Source: a virus
Taxonomy: Duplodnaviria; Heunggongvirae; Uroviricota; Caudoviricetes
IMG/VR virus record: IMGVR_UViG_2531839531_000011
DNA: 38,542 bases
Reading direction: 5' to 3' (one strand)
The notes under the pieces: model-generated
Told to the model about the DNA's origin: nothing
The model's database searches: none
Seen by the model: only the letters and a program-made list of their open reading frames with translations
Made by a program: the position numbers and the translations under genes
Shown here: piece by piece, positions 23,363 to 32,789 of the stretch
Position numbering within the stretch: position 1 is the stretch's first letter
How the letters are laid out: each line of letters starts with the position of its first letter

Positions 23363-25729
23363 ATGAGTACCACAACACGAAAATTTAAAACCGTTATCAC
23401 CGATACGGGTGCAAAAAAATTAGCTCAGGCAGCCGCGCCAGATGGTAAGCCTGTCCGCCTGACTCATATGGCCGTGGGCGACGGTGGCGGCACGTTGCCC
23501 ACACCAGACAGTAAGCAGACCCGTCTGGTGCATGAGGTGTGGCGACACACTGTTAATCGCGTCATCCTGGACGCAACACATCAGAACCGCATTATTGCGG
23601 AGCTGGTTATTCCTCCTGAAACGGGCGGATTCTGGATCCGGGAAATTGGTGTATTTGATGAGCACGGCGATTTAATCGCGGTGGGCAATACTGCCGAAAG
23701 TTACAAGCCAGCCGTTGCCGAAGGGTCCGGTCGTGCACAAACGTTTCGCACCATTCTGACCGTATCCAGCACTGCCACCGTGGCGCTTACCGTGGATAAC
23801 ACCATGGTGATGGCCACAGTGGATTACGTGGATGACAAACTGAAAGAGCATGAACGGTCACGACATCACCCGGACGCCTCGCTGACCGCAAAAGGCTTTG
23901 TTCAACTCAGTAGCGCCACTAACAGCGTGTCTGAAACGCAGGCTGCAACGCCGAAAGCAGTAAAGGCAGCATATGACCTGGCTAATGGCAAATACACCGC
24001 ACAGGACGCTACCACTGCGCGGAAAGGGATAGTTCAGCTCAGTAGCGCCACCAACAGCACGTCTGAAACGCAGGCTGCAACGCCGAAAGCAGTAAAGACC
24101 GCGTATGATCTTGCTAACGGTAAATATACTGCGCAGGATGCCAGCACGACGCGAAAAGGCCTTGTCCAGCTCAGTAGCGCCACCAACAGCACGTCTGAAG
24201 CGCAGGCTGCAACGCCGAAAGCAGTAAAGGCCGCGTATGACCTTGCTAGCGCAAAATATACCGCTCAGGACGCCACGACGACACAAAAAGGGATAGTCCA
24301 GCTTAGTAGTGCCACCAACAGCACGTCTGAAACACTGGCCGCGACACCGAAAGCGGTTAAGGCGGTAATGGATGAAACGAACAAGAAAGCGCCTTTAAAC
24401 AGTCCTGCGCTGACCGGAACGCCAACAACGCCAACTGCGCCAAAAGGGACTAATAATACTCAGATCGCAAGCACGGCTTATGTGATGGCCGCGATTGCCG
24501 CACTTGTAGACTCGTCGCCTGACGCACTGAATACGCTGAACGAGCTGGCGGCGGCGCTGGGCAACGACCCGAATTTTGCGACCACCATGACTAACGCGCT
24601 TGCGGGTAAGCAACCGAAGGATACCACCCTGACGGCGCTGGCCGGGCTTGCTACTGCGGCAGACAGGTTTCCGTATTTTACGGGGAATGATGTCGCCAGC
24701 CTGGCAACTCTGACAAAAGTCGGGCGGGATATTCTTGCGAAATCGACCGTTGCCGCCGTTATCGAATACCTCGGTTTACAGGAAACGGTAAATCAGGCTT
24801 CTGGCGCATTACAGAAAAACCAGAACGGCGCAGATATTCCGGGAAAAGATACCTTCACCAAAAATATTGGGGCCTGCCGCGCATATAGCGCATGGCTGAA
24901 TATTGGTGGCGATAGTCAGACCTGGACAACTGCGCAATTTATTTCGTGGCTGGAGAGTCAGGGGGCATTTAACCATCCTTACTGGATGTGCAAAGGCTCA
25001 TGGGCTTATGCAAATAATAAGGTCATTACAGATACAGGTTGCGGAAATATTTGTCTTGCAGGTGCTGTGGTGGAAGTTATTGGCACTCGCGGCGCAATGA
25101 CCATACGCGTTACTACGCCGAGCACGTCCAGCGGCGGCGGAATTACTAACGCTCAATTCACCTATATTAATCATGGTGATGCTTATGCTCCTGGCTGGCG
25201 ACGAGACTACAACACGAAAAACCAGCAGCCTGCATTTGCTTTAGGGCAGACAGGAAGCAGGGTTGCAAATGATAAAGCTGTTGGCTGGAACTGGAATAGC
25301 GGTGTTTATGATGCAGATATCAAAGGCGCAACAGCATTAATACTCCACTTCAATATGAATACGGGGAGTTGCCCTGCTGTACAGTTCCGCGTGAATTACA
25401 GGAACGGCGGTATCCTTTATCGTTCAGCGCGTGATGGTTATGGCTTTGAAGATAACTGGTCAGCGTTTTACACCACAACCTACAAACCCTCTGCGGGGGA
25501 TGTTGGTGCATATACCAAAGCGGAATGTAACTCAAAGTTTATTACAGGTATTCGTCTGGGCGGTCTGTCATCTGTTCAGACATGGAATGGTCCCGGCTGG
25601 TCTGACAGGTCAGGTTATGTCGTTACGGGTTCAGTTAACGGAAACCGTGATGAATTAATTGATACAACTCAGGCAAGGCCAGTTCAGTATTGCATTAATG
25701 GAACGTGGTATAACGCAGGGAGTATTTAA
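23363..25729 (+). CDS. H: Tail fibre protein (P2 gpH-like) in the expressed orientation, with internal tandem repeats
   Basis: 788 aa; conserved N-terminus; ends ...INGTWYNAGSI before the chaperone gene. Confidence 0.9.
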   Translation: MSTTTRKFKTVITDTGAKKLAQAAAPDGKPVRLTHMAVGDGGGTLPTPDSKQTRLVHEVWRHTVNRVILDATHQNRIIAELVIPPETGGFWIREIGVFDEHGDLIAVGNTAESYKPAVAEGSGRAQTFRTILTVSSTATVALTVDNTMVMATVDYVDDKLKEHERSRHHPDASLTAKGFVQLSSATNSVSETQAATPKAVKAAYDLANGKYTAQDATTARKGIVQLSSATNSTSETQAATPKAVKTAYDLANGKYTAQDASTTRKGLVQLSSATNSTSEAQAATPKAVKAAYDLASAKYTAQDATTTQKGIVQLSSATNSTSETLAATPKAVKAVMDETNKKAPLNSPALTGTPTTPTAPKGTNNTQIASTAYVMAAIAALVDSSPDALNTLNELAAALGNDPNFATTMTNALAGKQPKDTTLTALAGLATAADRFPYFTGNDVASLATLTKVGRDILAKSTVAAVIEYLGLQETVNQASGALQKNQNGADIPGKDTFTKNIGACRAYSAWLNIGGDSQTWTTAQFISWLESQGAFNHPYWMCKGSWAYANNKVITDTGCGNICLAGAVVEVIGTRGAMTIRVTTPSTSSGGGITNAQFTYINHGDAYAPGWRRDYNTKNQQPAFALGQTGSRVANDKAVGWNWNSGVYDADIKGATALILHFNMNTGSCPAVQFRVNYRNGGILYRSARDGYGFEDNWSAFYTTTYKPSAGDVGAYTKAECNSKFITGIRLGGLSSVQTWNGPGWSDRSGYVVTGSVNGNRDELIDTTQARPVQYCINGTWYNAGSI
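23894..24375 (+). repeat. Tandem 132-bp (44-aa) tail-fibre repeats, about 3.6 copies (KG-VQLSSATNS-SETQAATPKAVKAAYDLANGKYTAQDATT)
   Basis: Repeats visible in both the H translation and the DNA. Confidence 0.75.
24759..24784. other. gix/hix-like inversion crossover site (TTATCGAATACCTCGGTTTACAGGAA) inside H
   Basis: 26 bp; inverted copy at 27686..27711 differs at two positions; resembles the Gin gix consensus. Confidence 0.7.
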
Positions 25730-25731
25730 TT

Positions 25732-26265
25732 ATGATGCACTTAAAAAACATTACTGCTGGCAATCCTAAAACAAAAGAGCAATACCAGCTAACAAAGCAA
25801 TTTAACATCAAATGGCTTTATTCAGATGATGGAAAAAACTGGTATGAGGAACAAAAGAATTTCCGGCCAGACACATTGAAAATGGCCTATGACCATAACG
25901 GCGTTATTATTTGTATTGAAAAGGATGTTTCAGCAATTAATCCGGAAGGCGCAAGCGTCGTTGAATTACCTGATATTACAGCAAATCGCCGTGCTGATAT
26001 TTCGGGTAAATGGATGTTCAAAGATGGCGCAGTGATAAAGCGAACTTATACCGGGGAGGAACAGAGGCAGCAGGCAGAGAATGAAAAGCAAAGCCTGTTG
26101 CAACTTGTCAGGGATAAAACCCAGCTATGGGACTCACAGCTACGGCTGGGCATCATTTCCGACGAGAATAAACAAAAATTAACCGAGTGGATGCTCTATG
26201 CGCAGAAAGTCGAATCCACAGACCCCTCCAGCCTGCCAGTAACATTTCCCGAACAACCTGAATGA
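25732..26265 (+). CDS. G: Tail fibre assembly chaperone (P2 gpG-like), expressed orientation
   Basis: 177 aa; N-terminus [22 protein letters not shown] shared with the inverted copy. Confidence 0.85.
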   Translation: MMHLKNITAGNPKTKEQYQLTKQFNIKWLYSDDGKNWYEEQKNFRPDTLKMAYDHNGVIICIEKDVSAINPEGASVVELPDITANRRADISGKWMFKDGAVIKRTYTGEEQRQQAENEKQSLLQLVRDKTQLWDSQLRLGIISDENKQKLTEWMLYAQKVESTDPSSLPVTFPEQPE

Positions 26266-26293
26266 GACAAGGCCCGATAGCGGGCCTTAATTT

Positions 26294-26824
26294 TTATTCA
26301 GGCTTTTGTGGCCATTCAGGATTTGCCCTATCCACACGGCTGACCAGAACACTGTAGCGTTCCCATGCTTCCAGTCGTGTGCGTTCCTCGTCTGTTGCCA
26401 TATTCAACCTGACAGCGCGTTCCAGCGGCTGGATGACTGATTCAGCTTCGGAAAGCAATGCGGCCTTTTGTGATTCGGCCTGTTGTTGCTGTTCGTCTGC
26501 CGTATAAATCCGTTTAACCACAGCTCCATCCTTAAACATCCACTTTCCTGAATCATCAGCGCGGCGGTTGGCTGTAATATCTGGAACCTCGACAACGCTA
26601 AAACCTTCGGGATTAAGCGTGGATGCATCTTTGGTGATGGCGACAATAATATTATTTGCATCGTAAACAATCTTTATTGTGTCTGGCTGAAAGTTTTTCA
26701 CTTCCTCATACCAGTTTTTACCGTCTTCTGTATATAACCAGATAACATCAAAATTCTTTGTTAGCTGATATTGCTCTTTTGTTTTTGGATTTCCTGACTT
26801 AATATTTTTTAAATGCTGCATCAT
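26294..26824 (-). CDS. Alternative tail fibre assembly chaperone, silent orientation
   Basis: 176 aa; paralogue of G on the opposite strand; convergent with G across a hairpin at 26270..26290. Confidence 0.8.
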   Translation of the reverse strand: MMQHLKNIKSGNPKTKEQYQLTKNFDVIWLYTEDGKNWYEEVKNFQPDTIKIVYDANNIIVAITKDASTLNPEGFSVVEVPDITANRRADDSGKWMFKDGAVVKRIYTADEQQQQAESQKAALLSEAESVIQPLERAVRLNMATDEERTRLEAWERYSVLVSRVDRANPEWPQKPE

Positions 26825-27685
26825 TTACACCTGTGCGACGTTATACCATGTGCCATTGATGTATTTTTGTATTGGTCTGAAGATGGCTTCATCATCGCCA
26901 TCTACTTCACCAATGATTCTTAATCCGGTAATTGCGTGTCCGGCTTTTTCATAACGACCACCACGCGCCATCAATTGAACAACACGCGTACCCAGGCGAA
27001 CATCTTTTACATAGCGTGAATCAAAATTCCCCCAGTTGCTGGGCTGTATCTGACCGTTAACAGAAAATATTACCGAGTTATCTGTATTTCGCTGGCTATA
27101 GAAATGCCAGCCTGAATCATCACCAAGCTCTGCAACAGTTGGTCTTGATGAAGTGCCCCATAAATTAAACCCTACGTTCTTCGTGGAGTTGTTGGAGCTG
27201 GATAGCGAGAACTTTTTACTATCACCTGCCTGAATGTTTTTAAAAGCAATAGCCACTCCATTCTGAAAGCGGAATACTCGCTGACTATTAGCGTAAACAT
27301 CCAGAATACCATCACCATTCTGTTTAAATCCGGTATCATTATCACCAAGAACAATTGAGCTACCACCTAACGCATTCGTTGTACCAACTCCAAGACTGCC
27401 ATTAATGACGGCATTAACCAGAATATTCAGTGCATTCAATTTCAGCGTCATCAGGTCTTTTGTTGTGGTGCCCTAGCGGCTTCTCCATTTGAAATATTCA
27501 TTGCCGTTGTCGCCTGTTTCAAACCACATGAATGAATCAGTATCGCTGTCAGCATCATTTTTAAACCCAATCTTTGCCCAGTCAGTATTTCGAATCCAGG
27601 CAAGGATTGAGTCGTTTGCAAAAGTAAGCCCACCGGACAAGGTATCGCCATTCTTTTGCACCGCGTTCCTGGCCCTGTTTACCAT
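26825..27685 (-). pseudogene. Alternative tail-fibre variable domain interrupted by an in-frame TAG
   Basis: Two ORF pieces (27473..27685 and 26825..27451) in the same frame separated by an amber stop near 27473; ends ...INGTWYNVAQV like H. Confidence 0.6.
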
Positions 27686-27711
27686 TTCCTGTAAACCGAG
27701 GTTTTAGATAA
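27686..27711. other. gix/hix-like inversion crossover site, inverted copy (reverse complement TTATCTAAAACCTCGGTTTACAGGAA)
   Basis: Read directly. Confidence 0.7.
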
Positions 27712-27741
27712 TGGCGGTTTCTGGCCTGCATGGCATGATTT

Positions 27742-28356
27742 GTGCTTTTGGACGGGAGATTCAGCGTGCTGATTGGCTATGTAAGGGTATCAACAAATGA
27801 CCAGAATACAGACCTGCAACGAAACGCTCTTGTTTGTGCAGGATGTGAACAAATATTTGAAGATAAATTAAGCGGGACAAAGACAGACCGACCGGGATTA
27901 AAACGCGCTTTAAAGCGCCTTCAAAAAGGTGACACGCTGGTTGTCTGGAAACTGGATCGCCTCGGGCGAAGCATGAAACATCTGATTTCTCTCGTCGGGG
28001 AACTACGGGAGCGAGGGATTAATTTTCGCAGTCTGACCGACAGCATAGATACATCTTCTCCAATGGGGCGTTTTTTCTTCCACGTGATGGGTGCCCTGGC
28101 TGAAATGGAACGTGAATTAATTGTAGAGCGTACACTGGCCGGTCTGGCAGCAGCACGCGCACAAGGGCGCACAGGCGGACGTCGCCCGAAGCTGACAAAA
28201 GAACAGAATGAGCAAATAGCAAGGCTGATTAAAAACGGGCACGACAGAAAACAACTGGCAATAATTTACGGCATTGGTACATCGACGATTTATCGTTACC
28301 ACCCCGCAGGAGAATCAAGCGGAACAATTGAGAAGAGCAAACAAAATAACCGCTAA
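27742..28356 (+). CDS. Serine DNA invertase of the Gin/Cin/Pin/Hin family (probable GTG start at 27769, MLIGYVRVSTNDQ)
   Basis: Near-identical to recalled Gin over most of its length; catalytic-serine motif YVRVSTNDQ; C-terminal HTH. Confidence 0.9.
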   Translation: MLLDGRFSVLIGYVRVSTNDQNTDLQRNALVCAGCEQIFEDKLSGTKTDRPGLKRALKRLQKGDTLVVWKLDRLGRSMKHLISLVGELRERGINFRSLTDSIDTSSPMGRFFFHVMGALAEMERELIVERTLAGLAAARAQGRTGGRRPKLTKEQNEQIARLIKNGHDRKQLAIIYGIGTSTIYRYHPAGESSGTIEKSKQNNR

Positions 28357-28376
28357 TCTGGCCATTAGCGGTTTTT
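28350..28376. terminator. Bidirectional intrinsic terminator (CCGCTAAT-ctggcc-ATTAGCGG then TTTTT) between convergent invertase and U genes
   Basis: 8-bp perfect stem and T-run read directly. Confidence 0.55.
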
Positions 28377-28384
28377 GTGTTAAA

Positions 28385-28879
28385 TCAGAACAGCCCTTTA
28401 ACTGAACTGGCCGCGCTGTTAAGAGATGATGTCACTTTATCTTTGAAGCCGGACAGCATATCGCTGAACGATGAGGATTGCAGGCGCTCCCGCAAATCCT
28501 CATCACAGCGTTCAAGGGTCAGTGAAAATTCTATTTTTTTCGCCTTACCGTAGCGATCAAATTCAGAGCGGGTCGTACTCGTTTCGGTCAGGACATACAT
28601 GCCGTAAATCTGCCCGACGCCATCAATCAGAGGCCAGGGGCGTCCTGTATATGCCTGCGTGGTCAGCAGCGACAGCGACACTTCGCCACCTGTAATTTCA
28701 GGATAAAGCACGCCTGAAAGCACGATGCGATCATCACCTGCACCGATATACTGCCAGCTTGCTGAACGGTTAACGCGTTCATTTTTCACATGCCGCCAGC
28801 TTTTGTTTTGCTGTAACTGCTGATGCGGCAATGTGCGCAGCTCAAAAACAAACATGCCGTAGATCATCATCATGGCCAT
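28385..28879 (-). CDS. U: Tail protein (P2 gpU-like)
   Basis: 164 aa; follows tape-measure gene on the same strand. Confidence 0.7.
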   Translation of the reverse strand: MAMMMIYGMFVFELRTLPHQQLQQNKSWRHVKNERVNRSASWQYIGAGDDRIVLSGVLYPEITGGEVSLSLLTTQAYTGRPWPLIDGVGQIYGMYVLTETSTTRSEFDRYGKAKKIEFSLTLERCDEDLRERLQSSSFSDMLSGFKDKVTSSLNSAASSVKGLF

Positions 28880-28885
28880 GACTCC

Positions 28886-31702
28886 TCAGTCTTTATCGTA
28901 AAAACTGCCACGCCCGGCACGGGCGCGCCGTTCCATTTCTGCCCTGACCATTTCGCCAACCAGTTTCGCCAGTTCGCGGGGATTCTGCGTAACAACGTTA
29001 TGCAGATGAACATGAATTTCACCGCCAAATCCGGAGGCAACAGGCTCCCGGTTACGGGAAGTTGCAGGAACTGATGCCACTGGCGATCGTATAGCCTCCG
29101 CCACCGGGCGGGAGCTGGCCGCAACAACAGGGACCAGCGCCGGAGGCAGCGGAGCCGGAACCACGGGGGTGATATTAATTGCGGGGGCAGGCTTACTGAC
29201 CTGCGGAATCTTCCGCTCCTGCCACTCCCCACGAACGGCAAGTGCGCGGGGCAGGTTCTTAAAGACAATATCGCCGGGGCCAATACGTTTTTTCGTCTCA
29301 TCAACCAGCTTACCTGTGTTATCAGCAATTTTGCTGAGCCTGCGTAGCGTACCGGTATTGTTGTCTGTGAGCGGTTTGTTGTCTTTGGGTTTATCACCTC
29401 CGGAGCCATTTCCATTTTCCACAGGCTTCGGCGGATTGATTTTCGCCAGGTCCCCCTGAAGCAAGGCAACCTTGTCCTGAAGAATGGCCGCACGCTGTGC
29501 GTCTTCGATTTTCTTTCTCGCCCGTTCCGCTTCATCCGGAAGCACTCCGAGCTTTTCAAGTATCCACGCCAGTGAATCCATCAATGCTTTTGTTGGTGTC
29601 AGGACAAGCTCTATCGCTCCACCGAGTACCCTGCCAAATACCTCGCCAGCACTGGTACATTTATCCAGCGTTTCCTTGCTGGACTCCATCGGTGACAGCA
29701 GCGATTTAAACCAGTTAAACACCTGGCTGATCCCGCTTCCGATTGCGTCAAAAACAGGACCGAACCGTTCAAAGGTTTCGCGCAACGGAGCCAGCCGTTC
29801 CATAATCCCACTGAACACCCCTGCATAAAACGCCTTGATGGGTTCCCAGTATTTCCAGATGAGAACCGCCGCAGCCACAAACGCAGCAGCAATCAATCCG
29901 ACCGGGCTGAACAGCGCCCCGATAGCGCCCCCCAGTAACGAAACGGAACCCGTCACCATTCCCCATAGTGCTGGCAGGAGCCTGACAGCATTCATTGATC
30001 CGGTCAGGAGGGAAAAGCCAAGACGCAGTTTTGCCAGCGGGCCAGCAAGCACACCAATAGCCAGCGACAACGAGCCGACCGTTGCAGTCATCGCCAGCAA
30101 CGCCCCACCTGCAATCAGTAGCTGGCGCGTCAGTGCCGGATGGGCCTGCGCCAGCGCCGTCACCTTTGATACCACCCGCGTGAGCCACTGCGTGACAGAA
30201 CGCAGCGGACCGTCAATCAGATCTGCAATGCGGATGCGCAACCCTTCCCATGCACTGCCGAGTGATTTCAGATCGCCGTCAAGGTTGTTGGCCATAACCT
30301 TTGCCGTGCGTTCAGCCTCACCGCGTGCGCCTTCAAGTTCTTTTCTCAGTTTAGGTAAGGATCCGTCACCTGCCGCATCAACGAGGGCCATAAATGATGT
30401 GAAAGCCTCTTCTCCGGCAATGTCCTTAAAGAACGATACCCGATCAACTTCTCCGTATTTGCGGGTGGCTTTATAAAGGTCAGTCAGCAGATCTTCCATC
30501 GGGCGCATTTTGCCCCCGGCATCCGAGACAGACACGCCCAGCTCTTTCAGCGCCTCTGCTGCCGCCTTTGGCGGTGATGCCAGACGAGCCAGGCTGGCAC
30601 GCATTGCCGTCCCGGCATCACTTCCCCTGATACCCATATTCGCCAGCACGCCCGCCATCGCTGCGGCCTGCTCCAGCGATATTCCCAGCTTACCCGCCAC
30701 CGGACCTGCATATTTCATGGTTTCGCCCAGTGCGCGAAGGTCAGTGTTGGTACGGGTAAACGCTGCAGTGAGTGTGTCACCGACCCGGTCCATCTGGTCA
30801 GCAGAAAGGCCGAACTGCGTCAGGATATTTGAGCCAATATCCGCCGTCTCGCCGAGATCCATACCGCCAGCCGTTGCCATGCTCAGCACGCCGGGAAGCG
30901 CAGCCTGAATGGCCTGCGGAGTGAAGCCAGCCATTGCAAGAAATGCCTGTCCACTGGCGGCATCGCCTGCGGTGAACTGCGTTTCAGAGCCAAGTTTTAA
31001 CGCCTGCTCACGCAGCGCCTTAAACTGCGGGCTGTTCTGGTCGATTCGCGTCAGTGCCTGAACGCGGGACATCTCTTTGCCGAACCCGATCGCAGGCTGC
31101 AAAAAACGCCCGGCAGCATAGCCGCCCGCCGCTGCCGCACCAATTGCCAGCGCACCACCTGTTTTCAGTTTTCCCGCTGTTTCCTGCGCGCGCGAATACC
31201 GCTCACGCGCCCGCGTTACACGCGCAAGCGCCTGCCGTTCGCGTTCAAGCTGGTTGTTATACTGTTCGGTGCGTCTGATGGCCTGCTGGATGGTGTTATC
31301 GCTGCCTGTCAGGGAAATGCCGTGGCGTTTCAGCTCTCCGCCAAGTTCCCGCATTTTCTGAATTTCCCGTGTGCGCGATTCATTCAGGCGTTCAAGCCGG
31401 GTGCTTAACTGCTGCATCAGCTTTTGTTGTTTTTCGCTGAGCACTGTACCCGTGCGTTGTAACTGATTAAGAGCGTTAAGCTGGCGTCGTGCTTTCAATA
31501 TGCCAGCATCCGCTTTACTGACAGCGTCACGGGCGCGCTCAAATGAACGCGCCTGACGCTCGAGATTTTTGATCGCCCCCTGCGTTCGCTGGATGGAGTC
31601 ACCAAACTGCCCCATCAGGCGGCGGGCGTTTTCGGCAGGCCGGGTCAGCCTGTCAACGGCGCTGAAAGCGACCCGGATATCAAGAGTCTTCATTATCTGC
31701 AT
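28886..31702 (-). CDS. T: Tail tape-measure protein (P2 gpT-like)
   Basis: 938 aa; Ala/Gly-rich, coiled-coil N-terminus, hydrophobic central segments. Confidence 0.85.
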   Translation of the reverse strand: MQIMKTLDIRVAFSAVDRLTRPAENARRLMGQFGDSIQRTQGAIKNLERQARSFERARDAVSKADAGILKARRQLNALNQLQRTGTVLSEKQQKLMQQLSTRLERLNESRTREIQKMRELGGELKRHGISLTGSDNTIQQAIRRTEQYNNQLERERQALARVTRARERYSRAQETAGKLKTGGALAIGAAAAGGYAAGRFLQPAIGFGKEMSRVQALTRIDQNSPQFKALREQALKLGSETQFTAGDAASGQAFLAMAGFTPQAIQAALPGVLSMATAGGMDLGETADIGSNILTQFGLSADQMDRVGDTLTAAFTRTNTDLRALGETMKYAGPVAGKLGISLEQAAAMAGVLANMGIRGSDAGTAMRASLARLASPPKAAAEALKELGVSVSDAGGKMRPMEDLLTDLYKATRKYGEVDRVSFFKDIAGEEAFTSFMALVDAAGDGSLPKLRKELEGARGEAERTAKVMANNLDGDLKSLGSAWEGLRIRIADLIDGPLRSVTQWLTRVVSKVTALAQAHPALTRQLLIAGGALLAMTATVGSLSLAIGVLAGPLAKLRLGFSLLTGSMNAVRLLPALWGMVTGSVSLLGGAIGALFSPVGLIAAAFVAAAVLIWKYWEPIKAFYAGVFSGIMERLAPLRETFERFGPVFDAIGSGISQVFNWFKSLLSPMESSKETLDKCTSAGEVFGRVLGGAIELVLTPTKALMDSLAWILEKLGVLPDEAERARKKIEDAQRAAILQDKVALLQGDLAKINPPKPVENGNGSGGDKPKDNKPLTDNNTGTLRRLSKIADNTGKLVDETKKRIGPGDIVFKNLPRALAVRGEWQERKIPQVSKPAPAINITPVVPAPLPPALVPVVAASSRPVAEAIRSPVASVPATSRNREPVASGFGGEIHVHLHNVVTQNPRELAKLVGEMVRAEMERRARAGRGSFYDKD

Positions 31703-31900
31703 TCCCGCTGCGAAGTGCCGCCCGCTCGCGCCAGCTAACCACTTCGCCGGGCGTCATCATGAAGATTTCGGCGGGCGACCAGTTAAAAATGGCGGCAATA
31801 TCCGCCACCAGATCTTCGATGTGCTCAAAGCACACCAGGGTGATTACGCTGCCGTCTCCTGCACGCTCTTCGCGCCAGAGTCTGGCTCGCTCATAAAATT
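31680..31900 (-). CDS. E' frameshift extension of the tail assembly chaperone (E+E' made by -1 frameshifting)
   Basis: Overlapping -1 frame ORF; AAATTTT heptamer (plus-strand complement at ~31894..31900) at the frame junction. Confidence 0.55.
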
Positions 31901-32218
31901 TACAGCCACAGCGCACAACTGAATAAAATCGCGTGACGACATTTTTTTAATCATCACTTCATCCAGTCGTGGCGAGGTCACGCGAGGCAACAGCGTAAAC
32001 ATGGTATCCGCTTTCAGATTCAGCACATCAGACAGCGACAGACCACGCAGGGATCCAGCCTGCTCAATAGCCCCGGTGATCTCCACATACGTGATTTTTT
32101 CGCCACCACGCTCAATTGGTCGGGTCAGTTTTACGCCACGTTCGACAGCCATATCCTCACCTGCCGTCACATCATCCGCCACGGTGTTATTCCGGGTTTC
32201 AGTATCGATGTCTTTCAT
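31844..32218 (-). CDS. E: Tail assembly chaperone (P2 gpE-like)
   Basis: 124 aa; position between tube and tape-measure genes. Confidence 0.75.
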   Translation of the reverse strand: MKDIDTETRNNTVADDVTAGEDMAVERGVKLTRPIERGGEKITYVEITGAIEQAGSLRGLSLSDVLNLKADTMFTLLPRVTSPRLDEVMIKKMSSRDFIQLCAVAVNFMSEPDSGAKSVQETAA

Positions 32219-32273
32219 CAGTTGTCTCCTTTTCAGTCAGAGGCGACGCACTGCGCCGCCTGCATATTACTTA

Positions 32274-32789
32274 TCAGCCAAGCCCAAGCGCGGAACGGAT
32301 GCGATCTGGCACAATGTCCTTGCCGTCCTTCCGGTAGATGTGGTTCAGCAGGTCGATTTCCCACAGCGGGCGATCGTTAACGCTCAGCTTGTAGTAGGTG
32401 TTTTTGACAGCGTAAGTGTGTGATGTGGCTTCGCCCTGTTTGGCTTCCCCCATATCAATTTCCGTCACACGCCCGCGCATCTCGATTTCATACAGATCGC
32501 TTTCTGCATCGGTGTAGTATTCACCCGCAAAACGCAGCAGCGTGCCGTCAATCGTGCCGCCATATTTAAGGAACAGCGCACGAACAGCTCCACCCATGAC
32601 AAAACTCGCATCAAGCGCGGAGTCATCCAGACCGAGATCAATACTTACCGCCCCCATCATGCCTCCACCACGATAGCTGTCGGTTTTGCGCGTCAGTTTG
32701 GGCGGCGTGACGGATGTCACCTTACCCACTTCGTTTTCACCATCCACAAACAACGTAAAAAAGCGAAGATGTTTTGGTACAGCCATCAT
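32274..32789 (-). CDS. FII: Tail tube protein (P2 gpFII-like)
   Basis: 171 aa; position after sheath gene. Confidence 0.85.
   Translation of the reverse strand: MMAVPKHLRFFTLFVDGENEVGKVTSVTPPKLTRKTDSYRGGGMMGAVSIDLGLDDSALDASFVMGGAVRALFLKYGGTIDGTLLRFAGEYYTDAESDLYEIEMRGRVTEIDMGEAKQGEATSHTYAVKNTYYKLSVNDRPLWEIDLLNHIYRKDGKDIVPDRIRSALGLG

Larger units (their letters stand above)
24759..27711. mobile_element. Invertible tail-fibre segment (~2.95 kb) bounded by inverted gix-like sites
   Basis: Inverted sites; two convergent variable-domain/chaperone sets; adjacent Gin-family invertase. Confidence 0.7.

Noticed and set aside
23858-24286. 142-aa minus-strand ORF with internal repeats
   Set aside because: It is the antisense reading of the tandem tail-fibre repeats in H
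23894-24375. Possible CRISPR array suggested by the regular 132-bp periodicity
   Set aside because: Repeats are coding and in frame within the tail fibre, with no short palindromic repeat/spacer architecture and no cas genes
28870-30476. Several ORFs (229, 213, 139 aa) overlapping the tape-measure gene
   Set aside because: Alternative frames of the 938-aa tape-measure gene; Ala/Pro/Ser/Arg-rich, no independent support
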